Positions 11,676-22,629 of a stretch of DNA of 33,187 nt are shown in pieces (position 1 is the first letter of the stretch; each line of letters begins with the position of its first letter). This DNA comes from Octopus bimaculoides. Lineage: Eukaryota. Location of the stretch: contig NC_068982.1 in assembly GCF_001194135.2 (NCBI RefSeq), forward strand, positions 191,882,354-191,915,540, in the 5' to 3' direction. The position numbers were made by a program, and so were the translations under genes. Under the pieces are notes generated by a model that was not told the origin of the DNA, ran no database searches, and saw only the letters and a program-made list of their open reading frames with translations.

Positions 11676-12000
11676 GTATGTCATAAATTGAATATTGATT
11701 TCTATCAACACCCCATGGCAGATATCGAAAGTTAGAAGTGAGTGCAGTTATTGAACTGTTGTTTAACCTTAAGCCGGCCTTCTTTGAGCAAACTAATGAT
11801 CAAAGGCGTTCTAACCATGGCAATCCCTTTTTTTTCTGGACATACTCCTATCAAGAGGATGATTCAAAGACGGGAATGTATGACGATATCGAGGTTTTCT
11901 TCGTTGACTCGGAGTATTGGAGTCTCCAATGAGACTCCTGGAAACTCATCTCTTGTTACAGCAGAATCAAGGAAGGAGACTTCATATGGTTTCTCAACAC

Positions 12001-12149
12001 GCTAGAAATAACAGCTATATCCATACAATCTTTCAAAGGAAAGGCAGAACACATTGGTTGATATCCTAGACACGATTTGAGAGATGGTCACGGCTGGAGC
12101 GTCCTTCATTATCGGTGTTTCTGATCAGGGTTAACCAAAGTAATAATAG
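12001..12149 (+). repeat. Interspersed AAC-tail repeat copy
   Basis: gctagaaataacagct...gatggtcacggctgga...cagggttaacc. Confidence 0.45.
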
Positions 12150-12427
12150 CCCTTAACATCTTTTTACATTCCTACTGTATTTAGAAGACAATTCACTCCG
12201 CATATAACTGGTACCTTTTTATAGTCATATCGGAAAGGGTTGGGTGGAAATGGTGCAGAAGCATTTAGTGAGGGGTGGGCAGCAATGTAGTGCCTCTCGC
12301 ATTTCACTGACTTTATTAAAGGATTTCACAATAAATGTAGGGGGTCGATGAATAAATTAATGAAGGGGGTTAGAATAGGAGAGAAAAAGGGGAGAAAGAG
12401 AGAGGGGAGAAATAAAGAGAGAGAGAG

Positions 12428-12470
<43 letters not shown>

Positions 12471-12749
12471 GAGAGTGAGATAGAGAGAAAGTGACAGAAA
12501 GAAAGAGAAAGGTAGGGAGACAGAGAAAAGACAATAATCTTAGAAATACTTGAGGAGAAACAACGAAATTATCGATCACTTCCTTCGTTTCTGTCTATCT
12601 CTCCCGCTCTTTCTCTCTATGTGTGTATATGTATATATGAGTGTATATATAGGTATGTGTATATATAGCGTCAAATACACCTCGTTTGGTGTTCCCTCAC
12701 CTGTTTATGTCTTTTGTTTTCTTGATTTTTTTTCTACAATCTTGAACCA

Positions 12750-13235
12750 TATGTGTGTATGTATGTATGTATGTATGTGTGTGTGTGTATGTATGTATGT
12801 ATGTATGTATGTATGTATGTATGTATGAATTTATGTATGTATGTGTGTATGTATGTTTCTATGTGTATGTATGTATGTATGAATTTATGTATGTATGTAT
12901 GTATGTGTGTATGTATGTTTCTATGTGTGTATGTATATGTGTATGTATTATGTATGTTTGTATGTATGTGTGTATGTATGTGTGCATGTATATATGTATG
13001 TGTGTGTATGTATGTATGTATGTATATATGTATGTATGTGTATGTATGTATGTATGTATATAGGTATGTATGTGTATGTATTTATGTATGTGTGTATGTA
13101 TGTATGTGTGTATGTATGTATGTATGTATATATGTATGTGTGTGTATGTATGTATGTATGTATATATGTATGTATGTGTATGTATGTATGTATGTATGTA
13201 TGTGTGTATGTGTGCGTGTATGTGTGTATGTGTGT
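12750..13235. repeat. Long compound (TGTA)n/(TG)n microsatellite
   Basis: Direct inspection. It explains the MYVC/HTYI pseudo-ORFs. Confidence 0.95.
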
Positions 13236-13929
13236 GAGTTATATTCCTCTCTGAATGCAAGAGATAATGGTGCACAGCGAGGCTAAGGATTAACCGCCGA
13301 TGTCAATATAATTGAGGCTCCTCCTCCCCCTCTCCCCCCTCTCTCTCTCTCTCTCTCGTATACTCTTTTTCCCTTCCCCCTCTCTCTATAAGCAAGGCGA
13401 TTTGACAATTGACGACTCGCTCATTGAGCTGCTGCTGCTGCTGCTGCTGTCGGTGTTGTTGCCTGAAGAGCGAGTGTGAGATGAAACTGTAAAGGTCAGA
13501 GCGAGACGTCTTTTGTACGAGCAGATGACGGAGACGGGGGGCGTGGGGAGGAGGCTGGAGTCTCTAATCATCAATGCAGGGTGTGGTGGGGAGGTGGTGA
13601 TGTTCAAGACGTGTCTCTATCATCATCAACGTAACGATGGACTTTTTGGCAGATGACTCGCATTTCAAGAACGAAATAAAAGAAATATTGAATTGAAAAC
13701 ATGATGATGATAAAGATGATGATGATGATGATAATGATGATGATGATGGTGATGATGATGATGCTGATGCCTGTGAATCTTAAAAGAAAAACTTCCCAGC
13801 TTCCATTGGTAAGAAAGAAAGGACGAAGTTAATAATTCCTCACAGTCGAGGTGAAATATTGATTTCTGCTTTGGTTTTATTCTCGTAATTATTCATTTGA
13901 TTTGATTGTTAAATAATAATAATAATAAT

Positions 13930-14561
13930 TGTATAAAAGATGGGCTACAGCAAATACTCTGCTCAATACCACAGATTTGCTTGTCGGTTGTTTGACCTGA
14001 ACCAGTTGAGCATGTCCCTTAGTGGCTGACAATATGTGCATCACTGATCACGAGCAGAAGTAACAGAGGAACATCATAGCCATGTGTTGATAGGAGTTCT
14101 TTGGGGTTTGAATAATTTACCTCTGGGGCCTTTTGAGCGGGTGGGCTATTCGATCTGAAGGAAATTCTAACTGGGCCCCACCTGCAAGGTCAAGCGCTGT
14201 TTATCTTGATATAAGATCATCATGTCACGCACACATTGTTGTGATGCATGTGCTTGGTGTACCCTTATCAGACGAGTAGTCATGATGGGTATATTGAGCT
14301 TTGTATATTTATACCCCAGTGTCTGACCCGACTGAACTAGACGATCTAAAAAATCAAATCATGATTGAATGGCTGAAAATGAAAGAAACCAGTATGAATG
14401 AACGTGACACTCTCCCCAAAATTCGCAACTCTAACCAAAACCTGAAAGTAACTGGTAAAACCTGCTTTGCACTTAAATCCGTGAAGATCCCAACGATTCT
14501 ATGTGGGGGAAAAGATTAGAAAACGACAACATTCCCACAAAAAGCCTACTTTGAAGTGGGA
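13930..14561 (+). mobile_element. Probable 5' UTR plus N-terminal coding fragment of an R4/Dong-like element (family A)
   Basis: Bounded by (AAT)n at 13912-13929 and 14562-14627. The 3' part encodes LKNQIMIEWLKMKETSMNERDTLPKIRNS, resembling the N-terminal region of R4/Dong ORFs. Assignment of 13930-14320 as 5' UTR is inference. Confidence 0.5.

Positions 14562-14627
<66 letters not shown>
14562..14627. repeat. (AAT)n microsatellite between LINE segments
   Basis: About 22 perfect units. Confidence 0.95.
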
Positions 14628-15009
14628 TGATTATAATAACACTTAGGTTGGTGTTGTGCTCAAAATTGACGAGTGGAATAGAATCTAAGCAGTTAATACA
14701 TGGGCGAATAGCATCACTTTGGTATGGAGCTGGAATCATAAAATGGCAAAAGAGAGAAGTGAAGAAAATGGACACCAAGACCAGAAAAATGTTGGCAGTG
14801 CACGGAGCCTTCCACTCTAAGAGTGACACCAAAGAAGAAAGGGTGGGATGGGCTTAATCAGCTTTCAGGGTTGTATCGAGGCAGAGGAAAACAGCTTAGG
14901 GTGGTATGTAAAGAAATACTGTGGAACCATTGTTGAAATATGTGAAGGAGGCCGGCGTTATTAAAACTGATAATTGTATAAAGAAAGAAAAGCTTAAAGA
15001 GGAAAAGAA

Positions 15010-15043
<34 letters not shown>

Positions 15044-15880
15044 GAAGCAGCATGGAAGGAGAAAAAATGTACGGTCAGTTTGCAAGAGATACCAACGCCA
15101 TGACAGGTACAGAAGACCGATGGCTATGGACCGAGTGACCTGAAGATAGAGATGGAAGCACTTATATGCGCAAATCAAGAACAAGCGTTCACTAAGTGAA
15201 GTGCAGAATCGACAACACCACCAATAGCAACAAGTGCAGAATGTGTGGTGAGAGGGGTGAAACGGTGTGGCACATCGTTAGCGAATGCCCGAAATTGGCG
15301 CAACGCGAATACAAAAGACGCCATGACAATGTGGCAAGAATGATCCATTGGGAGCTCTGTGGAAATCACAGCCTACAAAGAGCAAAGACGTGGTATGAAC
15401 AAACCCCAGAAGGAGTCACCGACAATGAGAATTGCAAAATCCTGTGGGATATAATGATTCAGTGTGATCAGACACCATAAACCGGACATTGTTGTGATTG
15501 GAAAAAAAAGAAAGAACATGCATGATAATCGAGATAGGATGTCCCGGTGACAACAAAATAAAAGAAAAAGAAGAAAAACTGAACAACTTGACGATTTGAA
15601 GTTGGAAATACGAGGGTTGTGGTCAATGAGGAGAGTAGACTTAGTACCAATAGTAATTGGTGCACTTGGAAGTAGCAGAACCCAACTAGCATCATGGCTC
15701 AAAAAGATTGGTACAAATGCAAAGGTAGAACACCTTAGAACTGCAAGAATTCTTCGCAGGGTCCTTGAAGCATGACCAGTAACCAAGTGTCATCTTAGTC
15801 TGTTGGCTGTGGAGAAGCTGACACTTTCCATCGTGTCCAGCAAAATAAGCTATGAGTTTGCATCAAATACTAATGATAAT
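14628..15880 (+). mobile_element. R4/Dong-like non-LTR retrotransposon 3' portion (RT thumb, CCHC, RLE), family A
   Basis: YGAGIIKWQKREVKKMDTKTRKMLAVHGAFHSKSD (thumb), CRMCGERGETVWHIVSECPKLAQREYKRRHDNVARMIHWEL (CCHC), KILWDIMIQCD..PDIVV..CMIIEIGCPGD (PD..D/ExK-type nuclease). The 3' UTR ends in taatgataata. It begins directly after an (AAT)n run. Confidence 0.9.
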
Positions 15881-16040
15881 AGTTCGATATAGTGCTGGAA
15901 TCCACAAGTGGACAGAGGATGAGCTAAAGGAGATAGACAGGAAGACAAGAAAGCTCCTAACGATGAGTAGAGCCCATCATCCACGTGTAGACACTGATTG
16001 CCAATACATGAAGAAAGCAAATGAAGGAAGGGAACTGAAA
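15881..16040 (+). mobile_element. Second R4/Dong-like RT-thumb fragment
   Basis: VRYSAGIHKWTEDELKEIDRKTRKLLTMSRAHHPRVDTDCQYMKKANEGRELK, paralogous to the 14.7-kb thumb segment. It starts right after the TAA-like tail of the preceding copy. Confidence 0.85.
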
Positions 16041-16055
16041 TGTGTGTATGTATGG

Positions 16056-16168
16056 AAATTATTCAGCTTTATTTCAAGAGATTTCTCGCCAAAACAGAAA
16101 GAGCCATTTTCTTACCTAGATCCAAGGCCCCTTCATTGGAATTTCAACATCAACAACAGGGTAATTTT
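16056..16168 (-). mobile_element. Extra distal 3' UTR unit of family B LINE
   Basis: Diverged second copy of the 16191-16290 3' UTR segment (cctagatccaagg...cattggaatttcaacatcaacaacagg), bounded by (TATG)n on both sides. Confidence 0.8.
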
Positions 16169-16190
16169 GTATGTATGTATGTATGTATGT

Positions 16191-19100
16191 CATTGTTCAG
16201 TTTTATTTCAAGATTTCTTGCCAATAAAGAAAGAGCCGGTTTCTAACCTAGATCCAAGTCTCCTTCATTGCAATTTCAGCATCAACAACAGGATATTTTT
16301 GTTTGTTTGTATGTAAGTATGGGTACAGAGTTTTATGTTTTGCTTTATGTATGTATTCTCATGTATATAGCTACATATCTAGACATGCTCATATATATCT
16401 AAATGATAAACTTCTGGAAAGTTTCACAGATTTTTACATTTCCAGTGGTAGAATGTATCTGTAGTCTTCGAATTAGCTTTCTCCTTTCTGCTTTTGAGAA
16501 GCCTAATTGCTCAAGATTGGTATTTAGGGCCACGATAATTACAGGTATAAACCTGAACTTGTAATCTGGATAGAGTAACTGCAGATTTCTCAATAGTTCC
16601 GCATATGTATTCTCTTTTTCATTGATCTTCAGCTTTATGTTAACATCCGCTGGGCAGATAATTTCCACAACCGTGCACAGTTTCTCATCTCTATCCCAAA
16701 TCATTATTTCAGATCTTTTGAGCTTACATTCTATTAGGTCTTCACTGGGACATTCCACCAGTACTCCTTTTCATTATGACTGGCTATGGTTTCTACCATA
16801 CTGTGGGTTGTTATGCCTTTGTCCTCGTGGTTATCCTTCCAACAGATTTCATTATAGGGTGTCCTAGCTACCCTCATCGGTAGATAATACCGTGATGACA
16901 TTTTCGGACAACTGCTTATGATGTGGGTGATATCTTCGGTGTTAACTCTACAAAGCCTGCATCGGTTGAAACATTTTACGGCTTTTCCTGCATCTCTATC
17001 TCCTTTGTGCATCAGGTATTTGACTGATATTTCCTGTTCCAGGATTGCAAACGCATACCCTTCAAAGTGGGAGGTAGTAATCCAGCAACTGGTTCATGAT
17101 AGACTGCTTTGATGATCAATGTTGCTATCATCTCGAAGCGTTCTACTAACATGTCCATGCATAGTCTTCTGCTCATATATATAGGCTTATCCTTTCATCT
17201 GACGATACGTTGCGGTAGAGTCGTGCGACTTCTTTAGGCATGTATTTAAGGTTATCAGACAAGGAATGCTGCTCAAGGAGTTGCCTTCCAAGTCTTATGA
17301 TGCTATTAGCCTCATGTATGCAAACTTGATCAAGGGATGCACTTCGACCCTTGGTGATTAAAAGATGTTGCTGAAGGGATATGATACGACGTTCAAAGGC
17401 ATTTTGGATCGATGTTAAAGCCTCTGCTGCCTCGTTTTCGTTTTAGGTAGAGGTGGTCTACGTCACCGTTTATGGGAAAATTATGTGTGCTTGTTAATAT
17501 TTTTCAGGTTTTCACATCAATGGCTCAGATCTCATCAAACGTCCAATCCAGCAGCCCAAATGTTGGTATGAGCACTGATACTGTATACACATTGTGGGCC
17601 ACTGTTTTATTGAATGCAGTGAGTTCTGAGGTCCAAATTTTCTTTATTCGGCTGTAATATCCTTTTGTTACAGGTGCCATTGTAGGATGTGTTTTCATCT
17701 ACCCCTAGATACCTTTAACATTCCTCGTCAGATATAGGGGGAAAAGTCAAATCATTGATGAAGATGTTACTAGTCTGGTTTATAGTCTTCCCCCTTTTCA
17801 CAACCATATAACAACATATATCCTAACGAAACTCCAACCCTACACCCTTTAAGAATGTTGTAACCAGGTCAGGGCTCTTTTCATCTCAAGCATATTCTTT
17901 GCATATAAAGTGTTAAGTCATCCACAAAGAAACAGTGAGATATTCTTCAGACTTCCTTAACATGAATGACAAGGGGTTTACAGAAAGTATAAATAACATC
18001 ACAGAGAGGCTACCTCCTTGGAATATGCCTTTGCGATATTGTATTCTATCGGTAATAATACAGTCACTCTTGGTGTGTAATTTCAAGATGGTGGTCCACG
18101 ATGAAGTCATGTTAGCTATGGCTTTGATTATGCTCACTGGAACTTTAGCAAGTTGAAGAGCTTTTAGCATCCATGAGTGGGTAACAGAGTCAAAGGCTTT
18201 CTTGTAATCTAGCCTTATTGAAACTAGGTTCCTCCTATGTCTCGCACCTCTTACATCACAGTTTTGTTGATTAATAATTGCTTGGTACATTCCCAGACTC
18301 CGTTCTTCCCAGCTGCTTGTTCTGCTGTGCTTATGTTATTGTTTTCACAATTGTCTTTGGAGGAAGAGGTTTAAGCATCCTGCATATATCTTATACATTA
18401 AGTTCTGGCATGCAATTGGCCGTTTTTTTTTGTTTTGTTTTTTTTTTCTATGTGGGTGGTTCTGCATTTGGGGATCAATTTTGTCTCTGCCAGAGCTAAC
18501 CAGTTTGGTATGCTACTGTTCCCATTGAGGGGCTGCTGGTACAGGTAGATAAGATATGGTCGGTAGAATGTTAGCTTCTTATACCAATACCTAACAATCA
18601 AGTCTCTTCCAGGTGCTTTTCCATCCTGGAGTTTCTGGATCCCAGTTGCAAGAGTTTCACCATCAATGTTTGTATGTCTTGGATGTATCGCAGGAACAAT
18701 GATTTTGGCGGATTTCTTTCAGCCACAGAGCATCTTGGTTAAATTCCTTCTCTTCACTACAGATTTTCTTCCAGAAGGATTCTATGTCTTCTCTCATGTC
18801 TCTGAATACTGCTGCCTGGTTGCAGTTAATTTTTTTGTTTATTGTTCTTCTCTCGGTTATTCTTTTCTGATGTCGGAGTTTCTCACCGACAGCTTTTAGC
18901 TCCTGCTTTAAGGTAATCAGTTTGCAAGTGAGTGTCCTCTTTTTGCTTTCTCCAAACACCATTTCTATCTCCTTCTTTACTTCCTGATGGTGGGACATAT
19001 AGTGATTTACTTGTCTGCATGCAATAAGCATCATTACATGGCTGATTGTCTTCCGTAAACCAGTTGTCTTTTTCTCTGTCTTCAAAACCCATCAGGGTAC

Positions 19101-19244
19101 ATTCTTTGTTATTCCGGTTTTGTTTACTTTTTTTAATATCATTCATCTACTGTTTTCCAGTTGTAGCCAGAGCATACAGACAGACATTAATCTGCCAGAA
19201 CGTGGGTTCATCACACTGTTGTAAATACTCATCACCAATTTCGT
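16191..19244 (-). mobile_element. Degraded, 5'-truncated R4/Dong-like non-LTR retrotransposon (RT, CCHC knuckle, restriction-like endonuclease), family B
   Basis: Frameshifted minus-strand segments: FWQINVCLYALATT (N-terminal region), LDYKKAFDSVTHSW and KGIFQGGSLSVMLFILSVNPLS (RT), ISHCFFVDDL (catalytic DD, near 17.9 kb), CRLCRVNTEDITHIISSCPKMS (CCHC), IMIWDRDEKLCTVVEIICPAD (RLE), ending KICETFQKFII* at 16399, then a 3' UTR. (TATG)n runs lie at both ends. Confidence 0.9.
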
Positions 19245-19268
19245 TATGTATGTATGTATGTATGTATG

Positions 19269-19625
19269 AAAACACATGGCTCAGTGGTTGGTGCGTCAGG
19301 CCAACCACAATCATGAGGCAGTGAATTCGATTCCCAGACCAGAGTGTGTGTTGTGTTCTTGAGCAAGACACTTTATTTCACGTTACTTTAGTTCACTCAT
19401 CTGTAGGAATGAGTTGCAACGTCACTTGTGCCAAGTTGTGTCGGCCCCTTTGCCTTTCTCTTGGATAATATTGGCGGTGTGGGGAGGAGAGGGTAGGGAC
19501 CGGAAGCTGGTATGCATGGGCAACTGTTGGTCTTCCATAAACAACCTTGCCCGGACTTGTGCCTCGGAGGGGAACTTTCTAGGTGCAAGCCCATGGCCAT
19601 TCATGACCGAATAAGGTCTTCACCC
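19269..19625 (+). mobile_element. tRNA-derived SINE with ttgagcaagacact central motif
   Basis: tggctcagtggtt (A box), gaattcgattccc (B box), gtgttcttgagcaagacactttatttcac (conserved central domain of the kind seen in V/Meta-type SINEs). Confidence 0.8.
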
Positions 19626-19799
19626 TTTTTATGTATACAAATCACTTTTGCGTTTGCTGTGTCTTGTTTCAATGTTATTCTCACCACAGAGACAGGATGT
19701 ATAGAGTTTTAGCCAATTCTGTTTGGAATGGACAGATGTAGACATAACGTTTTTATGGATAATATCTTTGTGGATAGAAAAAAAGAGAGGAATCAACAA

Positions 19800-19833
19800 G
19801 ACTAGTTTCAGTCCTGTATTGGGATTTCATCAG
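19800..19833 (-). ncRNA. Minimal hammerhead-like core
   Basis: Minus strand CTGATGA-AATCC(caataca)GGACT-GAAAC-TA-GTC with palindromic helix III ACTAGT. Helix I does not pair. Confidence 0.45.
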
Positions 19834-21272
19834 AAACTAAGTAGCCTCTTTAACTGTCAATGGAGACACCACTAATAGACTGGGGGGGGGGGATTAAATA
19901 AATCGGATATAGCGATTTGTAGTATAAATTCATGTTAGTGTGTATGTGTGTTCCGGTGTGAATCAGTGAAAATATTTTGTTGTTTTTAAGTCTGTGGGAG
20001 GTACATAACTCAAATATTAGTTAAGTTATCGAAATTTCGATAAAATGAATGTCTTGAAGTTGTAGCTGCAGTAAGGCCGTAATCCAGTGACTGGAACCAT
20101 GCAAAAGAGTAAATATTGAAAGGAAGCAATTTATGCAAAAATATTAATTTCATGTTTTGGCACAAGGCCAGCAATTTCGAGGTAGAGGGTANNNNNNNNN
20201 NNNNNNNNNNNNNNNNNNNNNNNNNNNNNNNNNNNNNNNNNNNNNNNNNNNNNNNNNNNNNNNNNNNNNNNNNNNNNNNNNNNNNNNNNNNNNNNNNNNN
20301 NNNNNNNNNNNNNNNNNNNNNNNNNNNNNNNNNNNNNNNNNNNNNNNNNNNNNNNNNNNNNNNNNNNNNNNNNNNNNNNNNNNNNNNNNNNNNNNNNNNN
20401 NNNNNNNNNNNNNNNNNNNNNNNNNNNNNNNNNNNNNNNNNNNNNNNNNNNNNNNNNNNNNNNNNNNNNNNNNNNNNNNNNNNNNNNNNNNNNNNNNNNN
20501 NNNNNNNNNNNNNNNNNNNNNNNNNNNNNNNNNNNNNNNNNNNNNNNNNNNNNNNNNNNNNNNNNNNNNNNNNNNNNNNNNNNNNNNNNNNNNNNNNNNN
20601 NNNNNNNNNNNNNNNNNNNNNNNNNNNNNNNNNNNNNNNNNNNNNNNNNNNNNNNNNNNNNNNNNNNAACGGTTTGGTGGCGGTGAAGGCGAAGGTCAGC
20701 TATGTCTTATAATTGGTTAATTCTTTGAAAAGATCATTTCCGACAGTGCCAACTTAATCTTCATGACCATTGTCTAAGGATATCTTGGCAGACAACTATT
20801 GTAGCAGACATTACTGACAGCTGCTGTAGGTTTTCATTAACAAAGCAGAAAAATAATTAAGTAAATAAGCAGAAAGATGATCAAGACGATAACAAATTTG
20901 TTATTTAGTTTTTTTTTTATGTTTTCGTTTTGTTTTATTTTTTACATTCATTGACGCCATCTTTTATGTATTTTATCGAATCTTTTGTGTGTTTCTGTTG
21001 ATTTTTCTTAATTTCCTTGATCGTTCATTAATTTCTCGATTCTTTATTAAAGCTTCTCTCTCTTCCACAAGCCTGACTTCTTACCTCTCGACCTTCTTCA
21101 CTCGTAAAACTTCTTGTTTTGTATCCGCAGAGCCTTCGTCGTTGTTATTGTCCCGTCTGTTTGCTTGGCTCCGTTCCTTTGGCTGGACGCCATTGTCAAC
21201 ACCTGGACACACATTAAACTGCCGTCGTGTAGAGACATGCGCCTTTCACCGGCCCAGCCACCGCAATGATTG

Positions 21273-21306
<34 letters not shown>

Positions 21307-21570
21307 TCACACTTACACACANNNNNNNNNNNNNNNNNNNNNNNNNNNNNNNNNNNNNNNNNNNNNNNNNNNNNNNNNNNNNNNNNNNNNNNNNNNNNNN
21401 NNNNNNNNNNNNNNNNNNNNNNNNNNNNNNNNNNNNNNNNNNNNNNNNNNNNNNNNNNNNNNNNNNNNNNNNNNNNNNNNNNNNNNNNNNNNNNNNNNNN
21501 NNNNTCTCTCTCACGCGCGCGCGCGCGCTTAAATAGCTTCTTGCTGCTTTTCTTTAACATTTTTCAAGTG

Positions 21571-21807
21571 AAGGCTGTGAGCTGGCAGAATCGTTAGTGT
21601 GCCGGGCGAAATGCTTAGCGGTATTTCGTCTGCCGTTACGTCCTGAGTTCAAATTCCGCCGAGGTCGACTTTGCCTTTCATCCTTTCGGGGTCGATTAAA
21701 TAAGTACCAGTTACGCACTGAGGTCGATATAATCGACTTAATCCCTTTGTCTGTCCTTGTTTGTCCCTTCTATGTTTAGCCCCTTGAGGGCAGTAAAGAA
21801 ATAAGAA
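21571..21807 (+). mobile_element. tRNA-derived SINE (octopus-type), near full length, followed by a partial second head at 21808-21870
   Basis: A-box-like gagctggcagaatcgttag, B-box-like gagttcaaattcc, body gtcgactttgcctttcatcctttcggggtcg, A-rich tail aaagaaataagaa. Confidence 0.85.
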
Positions 21808-22230
21808 TCGTAAGCATGCCGAACAAAACAGTTAGCGGTATTTCGTCTTCTTTTACGTGCTGTCCAGGGGTCGATGATGTGTAGGATTTTGACAATACTA
21901 GAAATATATAGAACTGATTATACGTATTGAACACAAGGAGTCGCTTCGGTCGCCTATTATCCTTCATTATAAATTGATAACTTCATGTCATACAAAAGAA
22001 ATCATTTTTATCATTAAAAAACACTTTGAAACAACACGGATTTAGGATCACAATTCCGTTGTAGAGATTGTTTAGTTTTTCTCCTTTTTGTGCTTTTAAA
22101 AAATAGTCAAATTCCTGAGGTGGTTGAAAATATAACTGAATAAACCTCTCCTTCCCCATAATCCGTAGAATTGTCTTTAATTTAGAATTAATTAAAGTAA
22201 TTAGGACATGAAATGATAGAATTGGTTGAT

Positions 22231-22398
22231 TACCCGGAAAAACGACTTCCAGGCCGGATTCCAAAAGTAGCAGGAACGCTGGGACCGGTGCATTGCTGCG
22301 TAAAGTGACTATTTCGAAGGAGATTATATTAAAACTTGGATAAATAATTTATTTTTTATTAAACATAACAAGTCCAGGCACCTTTTGATACCACCTCG
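22231..22398 (+). mobile_element. Mariner 3' end fragment (transposase C-terminus + right TIR)
   Basis: NDFQAGFQK*QERWDRCIAA*SDYFEGD matches the mariner C-terminal WxxRWxxCIxxxGxYFEGD. It is followed by a TIR-like ccaggcaccttttgataccacctcg and TA. Confidence 0.8.
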
Positions 22399-22629
22399 TA
22401 CATCAAAGAAACAGGATCAAAACTAAGCAGGTTTGTGGAAGTGCACAAACAGCAAATTAAAGATTCTTCTCTTAACAATGTCCTATGTAGTAAAAATATT
22501 GACATTTGTGCAAATGGAAAATTCAAAATATTCCCTCTTTGCAAAATAAAGGAAGAAAATGATCAACTACGAAATGCAAAATAAGAATACTTTATAAGAA
22601 TTCGAAATTCGAAACTAAACCAGAAATAG
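22399..22629 (+). mobile_element. Penelope-like element GIY-YIG endonuclease C-terminal fragment
   Basis: YIKETGSKLSRFVEVHKQQIKD..CSKNIDICANGKFKIFPLCKIKEENDQLRNAK*EYFIR..KLN fits the YIGETG..L..R...H...I and terminal E..I...P.LN pattern of PLE GIY-YIG domains. Confidence 0.7.

Noticed and set aside
11919-11938. Perfect 8-bp hairpin ggagtctc-caat-gagactcc followed by GGAAAC
   Set aside because: No upstream CUGANGA core, and it is too short to interpret.
13463-13493. CTGAAGA-gcgagtgtgagat-GAAAC-T-GTA hammerhead-like string
   Set aside because: Neither helix II nor helix I pairs. Probably a chance match beside a (CTG)n repeat.
13386-13607. Poly-Ser/poly-Gln ORFs around the (CTG)n run
   Set aside because: Driven by the trinucleotide repeat, with no splice or homology support.
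13940-14070. HDV-like ribozyme at the 5' end of the family A LINE (crossing pairings ggctac/gtggct and tactctgctc/gagcagaagta)
   Set aside because: RLE LINEs often carry HDV-like ribozymes, but I could not fit a canonical P3/L3, P1.1 GG or J4/2. The spacing between the putative P2 and P1 strands is too long. It needs a covariance-model search.
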